This document shows, piece by piece, positions 1-12,104 of a stretch of 64,000 nucleotides of DNA. The DNA lies in the NCBI RefSeq assembly GCF_964204645.1, contig NC_134029.1, forward strand, positions 1,550,001 through 1,614,000, written 5' to 3'. The first letter of the stretch is position 1. The number at the start of each line of letters is the position of its first letter. Below the pieces are notes generated by a model. It made no database searches. It was not told the DNA's origin and saw only the letters and a list, made by a program, of their open reading frames with translations. The DNA comes from Tubulanus polymorphus. Lineage: Eukaryota > Animalia > Nemertea. The position numbers and the translations under genes were made by a program.

Positions 1-3000
1 GAAGTGGTAAAAGTGTTCTGTTGCACGGAACTGAAGAAAATCCAGGAATTATTCCATCAGTAAGTCTACAACAGCAGTGAAACTACATACAGTTATTCTC
101 AATTAACTCACAATCTGCACACATTCTCTTACAGTTGAATCAAAGTTTGTTCAAATCGATCGATGGAACTTCGTCAAAACAATTTTTCGTTACAATCTCG
201 TTTGTTGAGGTAATCTTTTATTCTTTTTCATAAAAAATGAAATCTGAAACTAAATCAGATGTGAAATGAAGATTTCTCTTGGATAATTTCAGATACTCGA
301 AAATAAAATGACTGATTTGTTGAATCCACATACCAATATAATGAAACTACGTGAACACGCTCAACTGGGAATGTAAGATATTCTCTTCTATACGATATGT
401 ATACAGTGTCTATCAGTGAAACTTTCTGCTATAAAGTTGTTGTGATTGTGATGATCATTTTGTTGACAACTTATCTATGATGACTTACACAAATTATGAC
501 TCAAAAATAGAGATAACTTTCACAATGTGTTGACTTGATTAAAGCGAGTTTGACAGTACAACAACTGAAATCCCACAATAACTCGGCCAAAGATGTTAAG
601 TTCATGAAAGGAATAACAGCCATCATCAGGCGTACTGATGAGTACTCAAGAACTTAACACTGGTTGAATTATTGTAGGATTTCTCATGTATTCATCTTAC
701 ACGAGTATTGTGTATCTTCTGGATTGTACAATTAATCTGTGTTGTAGATTTGTAGATGGACTGTGTGAACTGGTAGTTCGAAGTGAAGACGATATTTCGA
801 GGCTTTATCAACAGGGAAACCGAGCTAGAAAGATGGGAGCTCCGGATATCCGCTCTCACAAACAAAGGTAAAATCAACCACTCTCAATATGAGGGACACT
901 CAGCCTTATGAAAAGAATATTTTCCTTTGGTCTTCTGAAAAACTATGGCAATTTTTAGGGCAACTTTTCCACACGCAACTAAAAGAGCAGCATGAGATTT
1001 GGGCTTGTATGCCACTGCCTACATTCTCTTTACTGTCAGCCAAGTGGCTGGAGATTGCATAAGGATTTCATAACTTCCCAGATCCCCGTTTTGGTTTGTG
1101 CATAATTGCTCTGCGTGGATACAAATTGCCATTTAACTTTGCCCTTTTCGTGTCTTTATGCTTCTGTTTTCAGTAGAAACATATTTTTTTGTGGAATTTT
1201 AATCAGCGTTTAAACTGCTGATTTGTAATATTTTGATTGTTTAGATCACAAGCTGTGTTTAGTATAACAGTTGAACAGCGGGATGTAAGAAGCAGTAAAG
1301 TAGGTGTGAAGTCAGTAATTCGACTGGTTGATCTGGCAGGAATAGAGAATACTGACGCTGACAGTCCCGACGACGCTAACAGTATGGGAGTGATGCTCGA
1401 TGTTATCAAATGTCTCGGAGATCCAAAGAAAAAGGGTGGACATATACCTTACAGGAATTCCTGTATCACTAGACTTCTGCAGGTACAGTAGACTTAGCTT
1501 TCTAAATTTGGCCCTACAGTAAAAATTAAACTGTAGTGTTACAACATCAGAAATTAACTAATTTTAATTCTGTGCTCCGGAACTGAGTCTTGTTCGTAAT
1601 GATTGTTGAATTGTTATTATAGGATTCGTTTGGTGGAAATGCGTTAACGTTGATGTTTGCGATGTTATCTCCTGCAAGTCTCAGCTATCAGGAGTCTCTC
1701 AACACGCTGCAGTTCGCTCAATTCACCAGAAACATCAAGAATTCACCGAAAGTGAACCTAGTAAGAATATTGCTAATATTGAATATAACTGCTGTATGAT
1801 TGTCGCTGATCGCTGGTTTCTATTTTAGAGCGAAGTTGAACATATAATTCACAGTTTAAGAGAAGAAATCACGCGTCTTCGAAATAAACTCAATAATTCA
1901 GCGACGATGACTAAAGATGACGTTCTGACTCTTGAGGTATGGTAGGCTACCAGGACACAGCTCGTCAAACCCAACTCACAACTGTGCAACTAGATCCTGT
2001 TAATTATCGATCAGAGTCCAATTCTCTCAATTTAGTTCTATTTGCAGGACATGATTCAAGATTTACAAATTGCCAAACGTCAAACTTGGGAGGAGAAAGA
2101 GAAACTGTCTGAACAGTTCGAAGAAGAAAGGAAAACAAATCTTGCCAATCGGGTAAAAATAGATACTATTGTGATATTCTTATACAGTAGAACCCCGATT
2201 TATTGACCTTGGATGTAACGATTTATCGGTTATTACAAACCTAGAATTTTGTCCGAAATTTTGATGATTTTATCCTGGATATAACAAACTACCGGTTTCA
2301 ACGAATATGTTTTCATTTGTTGAATTGAGGTAGAGAGAATCCCACAATGTTAAGGAAAAACTCCGAAAATGTAACTTTGAGATAGTAGTTTATTCAACGT
2401 TTCAATTATATCCTAATTATTAGTAATAGTCATCTTCAGGCATTATTCCTGAAGATGACTATTAGGATATAATCTAAACGTTGAATAAACTACTATCTCG
2501 AAGTTTCATTTTCGGACTTTTTCCTTATCATTGTGGGATTCTCTCTACATCGCGTTAACACGGAGATAATGTTCTATCAATCGTGATGTTGAATTGAGGT
2601 TTCACTGTATCAACTTTATGAATGTTGTGTTATTTGTACTGATTAACGGCTTGTGTCAACGACAGGGAATATTAGAATGGGTGATGGATTCGATGAACAA
2701 AGGAAATAAAGAACTACAGGAAAAACTGCTATTACTACAGAAAGAAAAAGATCAGGTAAAAATAGTGCATCAGTAACGTAGACGACTCTGCAGTTGACAA
2801 CAGCTAACTCTGGGACAATTCATTGAAATTTTAGTTGACGTTGGCCTATAAGGAAAAACGTAAAGAACTCGATGAAATGAAGGACGACCTGCAAAAAAAG
2901 ATTACAGATTATTCCAAACTTACGGAAAGTGGTAAGAAAATTATTCTGATTAAATCTACATATCAACGGTTCATTGCTCAAAAGCTTGTTTGAGTTATAC

Positions 3001-5394
3001 AGTGGATAACAAACTAGCATGAAACGTTATTGCTACCACAATAAGTAATACTTAAACCAACGGCGCCAGAGGAACCGGTTTCAGATATGTATTGAAATTT
3101 CAGGCAAAGCATCCGAAAAAGAAACGAAACAGAAAGTAGCTACAATTCACGAATTGAAGGAGAAATTACGCAACGAAACGGAAGATATAAAACTGATGAA
3201 ACATCGTCTGCGTGAAATACAAGAAAAACAACGAGCTGAGAAAGACGTACGCGCTGCTCGATTACCGGTATTCCTTGCCTAAAATATCAGAAGAGTTTTT
3301 TGATGCGAATGTCCGACGTTTTTGTAGGATGCAAACAGTCAGAATGTTCTGTTGAAAGGTAACATGGAACTGAGACAGAAAGTGATGGAAGAAGAAAGAC
3401 TACGATTCGAAAAAGAGAATAAACTGCTGGTAGCAGAAGAATTAGAGAGGATGAAACTTGAAGTTGATAATGAAAAAGCTGAAATTCAGGTATATAGACT
3501 AAAGGGTCAGAGATACAGTCGGTTTGTATTGTGAGATTTTCATGTAAATGTGTTTGCTTTTATTCAGCTTTTGGCTGCGGAAGGGAAAAAATATTCCACT
3601 GAGGAAGGGTCGGCCTTACAGATGGATCTGGTTGATCTGAAAGCTGAAAGAAGCGTGATTACATTACAGGTTTGTTCGATAAAATGATTTGAACAATTAA
3701 ACACATTGTCTTGAATAAATGTATTCGTGTTTTTATATCAGTTGGAAGTGATACAAAAGGAAAAAGAACATTTGTTGAAGGAACTGAATGAAGTTTACAA
3801 ACAACAAAAAGAGGAACTTGAAATTCAACAATTACAACATTTCCAGGTAAAGAAAACAGATTGAAGACGAGCTGCATTAGCCTGGTGTGAAATCAGTAAA
3901 TCTGATAAGTCGCAGTACGTTGTAGGTTCACTTGATTTCGTTAAAAATACGAGCTTTCGCTACTAGAGTGTAGTATCTTCATCAGATAGTAGATGAGTGT
4001 GATTTATTTACCAGGACCCAGTTCTACAGTCGTGAGTTAGAGTTAACTCTGAGTTAAAGTTAGTTCATTTTCAATGTTTTAACCCAGAGTCAAATCTTAA
4101 CTCAGAACTGTGGAACTGGACCCTGATGAAGCTCTACACGTACTATGCACTAGCAGCAAAAATAAATAAATAAGAATCCTCTTCATGTATTTTTGCTAGC
4201 AGTGCTAGCTTGTGTTTTTGATAGAATCTACATTAAGTGCTATGAATCTTCACGTTATTAAACGATCCCAGCGCTTCGGCGATTCTTCAGATTTCCAGTT
4301 CCTTTCATTGATACTCGTTTCATTTTTAATCAGACTTTCAGAAATTATCGTGAAATGTTCGAGGAGCAGAAAGCGACGATTGAACAACGTTATCGTAATT
4401 TACTCAACGATTCGATACAGGACGCGATATTTCTCTCAACTAGAAACAATGAACTCACGCAGGAAAATATCGATCTCAAACAACGTAAGCGTTAACTCCA
4501 CATACACTGTGTACACTATAATAATATAATAATAATAATAATATAAGTTTATTTCTTTACTAAAGAGTACTTCTACACTGTAAACCATAGTAAAGAAAAA
4601 GGACAAAAAGGGGGTATACTTTTAATGAAAAAAGTCTAATGCCCTGCGGAATGATTGGACATGAAGTTAAACACAAGTATAATATTAATACAATCCTGTT
4701 ATATGTCTTTTCAAATTCTGCCATAAGATTACTCATCACATTGCTGAAGTCATCTCTATTCTTGAATCTCAATTCAATTTACTAAATGTGTGAATCGTCA
4801 TTTGGGAAAGTCGTTAAATAGAACGATGATCTCAACTACGGCGACTTTAACCAAGTTCATTCCATTATCAATATCTATTTGACTGTTTAGTCACGATCAC
4901 ACAGAGATGATTTGGCTCGGGTTAAAGTGGCCCGAAACAAACCCAAGTGAATGAATTTTGCCCATGTTCAATAAGAGAGCGCGTTCATACATAAATGACA
5001 TCAAAACAATGCCATGGCCTGTGAGGAGAGTCACTTCCAGAACCGACTAGCACCCCCACGGAATAATTTCACCTATGCTAGAATTTGGCACTGGCCTGGT
5101 CTGACGTTTTTATTTTGGCCAAATTTGGCCCCCTTCAAACTGGCACGGACCCATTTATAGCGCCAGTGTGACTTGTTGTCCTGGGTCGAAAAAGGTTGTG
5201 TGATCGCGACTTACGTGAACAGCACCAGTAGAGACCAGCTGGATCTCTTTCAATGTTCTGTTGTCTGGGACTGGAAGAAAATAATCTCATTATCATTTCA
5301 CTGTGGTTTTCTATTTTTAGAATTGGCAGTAATGAAAGATCAAATAAGTCAACTGGGTGGTCGTGTACCGATCATTGGAGATAGTACCGTCTAA
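1..5394 (+). CDS. Kinesin-like protein, N-terminal motor + coiled-coil tail; 5' end outside window; ~16 exons (approx. 1-59, 134-209, 293-371, 748-867, 1245-1482, 1623-1760, 1830-1936, 2049-2152, 2666-2755, 2835-2931, 3104-3246, 3328-3490, 3568-3669, 3742-3847, 4333-4484, 5321-5394)
   Basis: P-loop end GSGKS followed by [10 protein letters not shown]; RLVDLAGIE (switch II); [21 protein letters not shown] (microtubule-binding loop); E/K/Q-rich coiled coil; GT-AG introns keep frame. Confidence 0.9.
2184..2609. mobile_element. Tc1/mariner-type MITE (TA-CAGT...ACTG-TA) containing a ~220-bp foldback element at 2330-2548
   Basis: Termini tacagtagaacccc / gaggtttcactgta; inner arms gtagagagaatcccacaatg...cattgtgggattctctctac are complementary over ~100 bp. 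Confidence 0.7.
4012..4125. mobile_element. ~110-120 bp MITE family (cagg[a/g][c/t]ccagtt[c]cacag...ctgtggaactgg[a/g][c/t]cctg); other copies near 24118-24218, 24921-25033, 31092-31217, 47405-47493, 57185-57280
   Basis: Terminal inverted repeats and shared internal gagttaactc/gaaaatgaact motifs across many intronic copies; the 31092-31217 copy has a perfect 24-bp inverted repeat. Confidence 0.8.
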
Positions 5395-6321
5395 AATCAT
5401 TCCAGTTTACTCAGCATTGCTCTGTATTTTCGAGTAGAACGATGTCTTATCCAAATCGATAACATTTGAAAATGGTTCTGTTATAAGGAGGTGTTTATTT
5501 ATTCCATTCACTACATGTATATCAATATTTATTTTAGATAATAGAAATAGCAGTAATCTGCAGTAAACCTCATCTATCTCCGGGCAAACTGGAACCACTT
5601 AATCAGTCAAGGTTTAGGATCAAAGATAGAGTATCAGAAAATGTTTTCTGAATTAGTCAAAAGTCCAAGTATAGGCGAGGTTAACTGTAGAATGAGTTTC
5701 AAGTAGCTTTGAATAAGTCTGTGACTCGCACACAGTAGATTATCTCAGTATTAATTCACTACAATCAGAATATGATTTATAACCTACATAAGTCTAATTT
5801 CTGTTTGAATAACAGATTGATGACATAGTGCAATAATACGTGATCTCGCAATCTATAATGAATTGTTCATACCGGTTTTCAATCAATTGATCATTTGAAA
5901 CTGTAATTATAAAGATGATGAAGGTCGTTGATTTATTTTCAGTCGTGACGTTTTTCTAAAATTCTTGATAATTGTTCATTCACTGCCGGTCAGTGTTTAT
6001 TTACTGTATCACGATAAATCAAATAATAATTATTTACCTAAATAATATGTTTATAACTTAAACACAATGTTTCATGCTGGATCATGATTTAATAATTAAT
6101 ATATTTATCTAATCAATCGTTAATTTAAATAAAAAGTATATCACATTAGTAAAAGATTCGTTCTTCGTTAAATCTGTTTTTTAAGTGGCCATTTTTATTG
6201 CCTGTTCTTCATTCCAAAAGGGATATTTTTCAACTGAAAAAGCAGGGGTCTTGAAACAAGTTTTTTCCATGGATTTTAAGATGACTTAAGATATTGAAGT
6301 ATAGTATATATATATTATAGT

Positions 6322-6530
6322 TCATCCCAATAAACTGATCCAATGTGGCGGGAAGTAATCCTCATGCCTGACATAAGTTGCGTGGCTAATCCTTGTATAG
6401 TGCCATTAGCTAACCAGGCCGCCCACCAACCGAATGTACCAGACGACATGATTACGTGGTCACAAGATGATAATATAGCCATGTCTAAAGCCAGATCTTT
6501 CGCTTTAGAAAAAACCAAATTCGCAGTTTT
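6322..6530 (-). pseudogene. Degraded C-terminal fragment of an alpha-1,2-fucosyltransferase (GT11, FUT1/2-like)
   Basis: [29 protein letters not shown] motif; continuation YKD*PRN and [17 protein letters not shown] lies in shifted frames (frameshifts plus premature stop); no N-terminal part found. Confidence 0.8.
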
Positions 6531-6790
6531 ATTGGATAGATTTCATATTGAATGGGACAGGCAACCAGTCTATACCGTGGCAATCTCGATGCCATCAGGT
6601 TCGAATCCCTCCCTGGGGGAGGATGGGCAAAAATCCTCTACTTTTCAACTTCAAGTGAAGAGCTCGTGATTTCAGCGTGTAAATCCAACAAACGATACAT
6701 CAATGAAGCACAACATCTTATATTTTGTTCATAACCAGATTCATCAAATGAACGTATTCTGAGCGTAGGAGAGCAAAATTTGCAGGTCAG

Positions 6791-6884
6791 GGGCGACTGG
6801 CAGGGTCGGGCTATGGGTAATTTACTGGTAGGGTCGGGCTATGGGGTGATTAACTGGAAGGTTGGAATCATGGGTGATTTACTG
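6791..6884. repeat. ~28-29 bp tandem repeat, 3 copies (actggcagggtcgggctatgggtaattt)
   Basis: Directly visible diverged copies abutting the 76-bp array. Confidence 0.7.
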
Positions 6885-7362
6885 CTGAATAGAGGATGTA
6901 CACTAGGGGTGTCCCGGGTTTGAAACCTAGTAATTACTGACACTGATTCAGAGTGGTCCTGATGCTGATTAGATGATGTACAGGGGTGTCCCGGGTTCGA
7001 ACCCAGTAATTACTGATAATGATTCAGAGTGGTCCAGATGCTGAATAGAGGATGTACAGGGGTGTCCCGGGTTCAAACCCAGTAATTACTGACACTGATT
7101 CAGAGTGGTCCTGATGCTAAATAGAGGATGTACAGGGTTGTCCCGGGTTCGAACCCAGTAATTACTGATACTGATTCAGAGTGGTCCAGATGCTGAATAG
7201 AGGATGTACAGGGGTGTCCCGGGTTTGAAACCCAGTAATTACTGACAATGATTCAGAGTGGTCCAGATGCTGAATAAAGGATGTACAGGGGTGTCCCGGG
7301 TTCGAACCCAGTAATTACTGATACTGATTCAGAGTGGTCCAGATGCTGGATAAAGGATGTAC
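6883..7362 (+). repeat. 76-bp tandem array, 6 full copies + partial, with tRNA/SINE-like A- and B-box motifs
   Basis: Units start at 6883, 6963, 7039, 7115, 7191, 7268, 7344; consensus tgctgaatagaggatgtacaggggtgtcccgggttcgaacccagtaattactgatactgattcagagtggtccaga. Confidence 0.9.
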
Positions 7363-10300
7363 CGTGGATTAGCAGATTTTTCATACACTAATGTGAATTG
7401 TCTCTGGCAACCAAGAGTCTACTGCCAGAGTCAGTTCGTGTTAGTTTATGCAAATCCAAGCATAGTGAATCTTAAGAATCGGCAGAACATAGCATCACAA
7501 CCACTGACTAGCGAACTAATTAAGTTAAGAGTAGCTAATTAACTAAACAAACAAAGAGTTTCTAACAATTATATTTACTCTCATACAACAATTATACGAA
7601 ATGCCAGGTGTGCTCGAGGAATTATAACTTAAGATCCTCAAACACGTGGACTGTATTTCAAAAACAGTCCAACCATGGACGTATACACTATAAACTAGAG
7701 TTTATACGTCCATGGTCCAAGCATAGACTCTAAAAGAGAAACGTCTATAGCACACCACCATGGACTCTAAACTGTGAGAGTGCATGGCTCCCCGCACTAA
7801 AACCAGAGATAAACCTGGCCGAATACCCTGGAAAGCGTACGATTTAATAAATCGTTTACCTGGCCGGCCGCCTATCTACCTTAGACCTTACATTACTTTT
7901 TTAAAAATCATGATCAAGCTAACCATAACAGACGCGGCAGATAGAAATTAACTGATTACAAATTTCATTTATTTATGAAATGACCCGGCCGATCAGGAAA
8001 AACAAGGTATTATCATTAGCCTTTTAATGACTAAGATTATCCAAAATATAAGATTACTAGCTTTTAATATCACATATGCTACATCATGGAAGGTATTTCA
8101 AGGTTTTATTCGCCAAAAACATTTCCACTGCAACTGATTCATACGATTTGAATCAATAGGAAAATAACAAAATTACACACAGAAATTGTAAACCTTGATC
8201 CATAAAACACCAACAATTAGGACTAGTCTGAATGTCTAAGACTATTAATTTGACAATTCATGAAGTCACTGGGCATAAGTGACACTTGGTTATTTCATGA
8301 AATATGAAGCATTCAATCATATCAACTATTCAAATGACAATGTAAGAGAGATTTAAGATATTCTGTTTTACAAAAAAAACTGCATAACATATCTTCAACA
8401 TATAAACATTAAAACTGGACATAAAACAAATTCACTCGCTCAAATAATCAATCTCTGATTTCATTTCATTAACATTATTTTTACAAGAAAACTGAAATTT
8501 TGCAAACTTTGCTTTGTATTCAAGGAATTATCATGTAAGTTCTTCATCAACAAATGGGTGAACTGTATTCGAAAAACATAAACAAATTAAAACCATAGAT
8601 AAAACCAACAGATTCACTCTGGAAAGCTTGAGATTAACTAATCAACTAATCAATCTTTATTTTCATTAACATTATTTTACAAGATAACTAGAGTTTTGCC
8701 AACTTTGACTGAGATTTTCAAACATTATCAACGTTATTTTCTCCACATTGTTTCGTTTAATGAAAAGTATTTTGAAGGTTTTTTAATTAAGATATATTGA
8801 GTATCATGATATAGATATTGTTCAACTTTCCATATGAATATAGCTTGGTAAATTACAAATAACTGATTGCTAAAGTATCTACAAGAACACGCGCCAGCAT
8901 GGCCAGTAGCCAGCTGAACAATATCGTAGAACTTTAAGGCCACTGGAGATAAATTACTTGATTCTCCTCAACAACTACTCTCCGAATTTAGCGCCGCCTG
9001 TTTTTAGGCGTTTTTCCATAGTAGAATTGTCCATTGCACCTACTTGTCAGTCATGCTCCGTGTCACATGGAAGCGAATGCGTTCACGGCTTTAAACTGAT
9101 TAAAATATTTATTTGCGAAAAAATGTCTAGCGTGTGAGAATTACAAGTGGAAGGAAAAGGCTACTTCATGTATTTCTAGTCAATGGAGCAAAGCCATTAG
9201 GTTAGTATTGACAAGAAGCTCCAACCCGGAGCGCTTCCCTGTTAGCGTTCAAACATTATGTAGACTGGATACCGGTCTCTATCTTCAATTAGACCGGTTA
9301 CCGGTTATTCGCGAATAGAGTAAAAGATCTCAGCGGGGCGTTATACTTCATTTAGAAAGAAGGCCAGCCTCTTCAGTAGGTAACTAACTGGGATCGATAC
9401 CGACCTTAGCGACCGGACCCCTGGCAAGCGAGGATGGCCAAGGCCGGCACGCGCCGCCGCGTATATGCATTAATTAAAATATTGCTTGGGATTCGAACCT
9501 ACTCTATCTACTGGCCGTTATAGTTATCATAAATAAGTCAACAACTTTTCTTTATTGTGGAGCTGCCAAATTGAAAATGAATGTTGTGAGAGTCGTATTA
9601 TTTCTCTATCAGACGCTCAGTTATGGTTATGGTAGGTACTCCTATAGATTACTAAATTCATTATCAAATAAAATTCAATAGGCTAATTCGTGGAAGATCC
9701 GTGGCTAATTTGGTTTTTGGCAGTGGCCTTTTATAAAACTTTTAAAAGACAAAATTTAAAATTTATTGATACCTAACTTTATGATTATGAACCTGTCATA
9801 CACATGTCAGTTTAAGTCAATGAATGAGACAATTATACAAATATAAACAAACAAGAAAATACAAGATAATTGCGATAAGGAGAAATAAGCCAGAAAAAAA
9901 TGAGATATTAGGTTATTCCTAGCGGATGTATTGTGATCCCTTAGCCATGACGCTACAAATCTCAACTGTATCCCTATCATAAGCAATATGATGGTCCACA
10001 TCCTCAATATCAGACGATGTAACCAGTCTCTCATTTTAACGGTAACTCCTCTTGAGCCTTGTCCTCACAGGGGCCTGATGCATTCTTTAAAGTAGTCCGT
10101 ACAATCTGTCTGTGTTTTAGTTTCACGATCGCATATTTTCACTCCGATTATAAAAGCTTACCACAAACGATTAGGTAGGGCCTAACTAACTATCTTTTTA
10201 AGCCCTAGTATTAAAGTAACCATCTCCTGGTATATCCTACAATTACTAGGGTAGGCCTATAGTGCTGGGGAAAAAATGTTGGCATTTGAATTAAAAACCA

Positions 10301-10680
10301 AGGCGCCGTTTGAGTAGTCCTGGCTAGATAGGCCTACTCATCTTGACTTCTGCTATTCTTACCAGTAAGACTTGAACGTGCTGGAGTCTTATAGCCTATT
10401 ATAAGCCTTAAGGCATTGCATCATATCAGATATTTTTGTTGGTAAATGTAATGAAATAGTATCCTACCAGGCTCGTAATAATTTTTATCAAATGCATAAA
10501 AAAAATCAGAAATTGAAAGAGATTGGAGCCGTTCCGAATTTTTTTCACTGAATAGATCAGATAACAGAAAATTTACGATAATTGGATTTTAAAAATTCAG
10601 TAACATTGCAGTTTTGGTTTTCACTCTGATTGGCTGTTCTGTCGGCGGGTTCATTCTGGTCTCACAACTTGACCGATGAA

Positions 10681-11625
10681 ATGAATGATAACTCAACAGC
10701 TAGCGATATATTGATATTTTCGTGGGTCGGTCTGGTAAAACAAGCTGTAGCCTACGTTGTTTTACCGGTCACGTTTGTTATTGGATTCTGTGGTAACGTG
10801 TTAGCGTTGTTAGTACTGACGCACGCGTCCTACTGGAAGATTTCTACCGGTGTTTATATGATCGCCCTTCAACTATTTGACACATGCGTTATACTGATTT
10901 GGTTACCGATTTTATTCGTTCGTATAGTCTTTCAACAACAAGTTCTAACAAAGATATTTTGTCGCGTTTATTTATATTTTAGTTTTACATGTTCGTCATC
11001 GTCAAATTTAGCCCTATCTCTGATGAGTATTGATAGAATGATCGTTGTGACTTTTCCGTTTCAAGCCGGGGTTCGTTGTACGCCTCGGAAAGCTAAAATT
11101 TGCCTAGCGATTTTGTTGCTATTTCAAATGATGCGAGGCATCTCTCAGGTGATGTTTGTAAAGGCATTTATAGGAGCAGACGGCGGCCGCGACTGTCAGC
11201 GAATCAGCGCGATCGTTGCCGTCAATATGGACATAGCGCAGAATATCGTACAGTTCTGGATTCCGATTGTCGTCATAGTAACGTGTAATTTAGCGATCCT
11301 CGTCGCTCTTGAAATACAGCTGAAAGTCCGACGAATCATGACAACCTCATCGCTGAAGACATCGGTGAAAAATTCCTCCCCGCAAGAAAAAAATCTCACA
11401 AAGATGTTAATCACTGTTTCTTTCGTGTTTGTTATTTTGCATTTCCCCAGACTTATGTACATATTGATATTCAAATTAGGAATTATAGTCGATTCACACC
11501 GCACAACTTCAAACGCCATCTATTGGGTGTCGGCGGCGTGTATGAATATCAATTCGGCTGTTAATTTCTATCTGTATTTATGGACCTCGAAGATCTTTCG
11601 TAGAATTCTGCTCAGTCGATTCTAA
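10681..11625 (+). CDS. Intronless class A GPCR (peptide-receptor-like / FMRFamide-receptor-like expanded family)
   Basis: 7 hydrophobic segments; TM1 GFCGN, TM3 SIDRM (DRY variant), TM6 LHFP, TM7 NSAVNFYLY; N-glycosylation sequon NST after the ATG at 10681. Confidence 0.9.
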   Translation: MNDNSTASDILIFSWVGLVKQAVAYVVLPVTFVIGFCGNVLALLVLTHASYWKISTGVYMIALQLFDTCVILIWLPILFVRIVFQQQVLTKIFCRVYLYFSFTCSSSSNLALSLMSIDRMIVVTFPFQAGVRCTPRKAKICLAILLLFQMMRGISQVMFVKAFIGADGGRDCQRISAIVAVNMDIAQNIVQFWIPIVVIVTCNLAILVALEIQLKVRRIMTTSSLKTSVKNSSPQEKNLTKMLITVSFVFVILHFPRLMYILIFKLGIIVDSHRTTSNAIYWVSAACMNINSAVNFYLYLWTSKIFRRILLSRF

Positions 11626-12104
11626 GATTCCTTTCGCTAGAATATCATTACAAATCCTCTGCAATAATTCATTCCTCTATAAAAGGCCTACCCTGTGACG
11701 GAGATCAAATATAGGCTATTTTTAAGGAAAATATAAATTTTTGTTCAGAGAAGGGTTCATATCTGTCATGGAGTTCTTATCAAATTGAAATGTCAAATGC
11801 CAGACATGGAAAGTAATGGAATTGTTGTTAAAATGACTGAAAATCATTAAACAAGTCATCTACATATATATATATATATATTTATTTATTGATATTTTAC
11901 ATGTAATATGAGAATACTATATCTTTTCTGATTCAATACCTTTGAGTATCAAAATTTATAGCTAAGCATCTTGCAGTAAATACATAACATAACATAATAG
12001 TGATTTTTTGTACCCTCCCACCCCCCCCCCCCCTATGAATGTTGCAGTCAATGTTTACAGTCAGTGATATTCGTGCCCCTCCCCCTGGTATGAAGAATAT
12101 TTTC

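Noticed and set aside
6883-7362. CRISPR array or tRNA gene cluster
   Set aside because: Units are repeated in full with no unique spacers and no cas genes, in a eukaryotic context; units do not form a cloverleaf
11100-11519. Short overlapping/antisense ORFs over real genes (also 19789-20332, 27645-27960, 44752-45431, 53198-53692, 57683-58429)
   Set aside because: Shadow ORFs of true coding sequence
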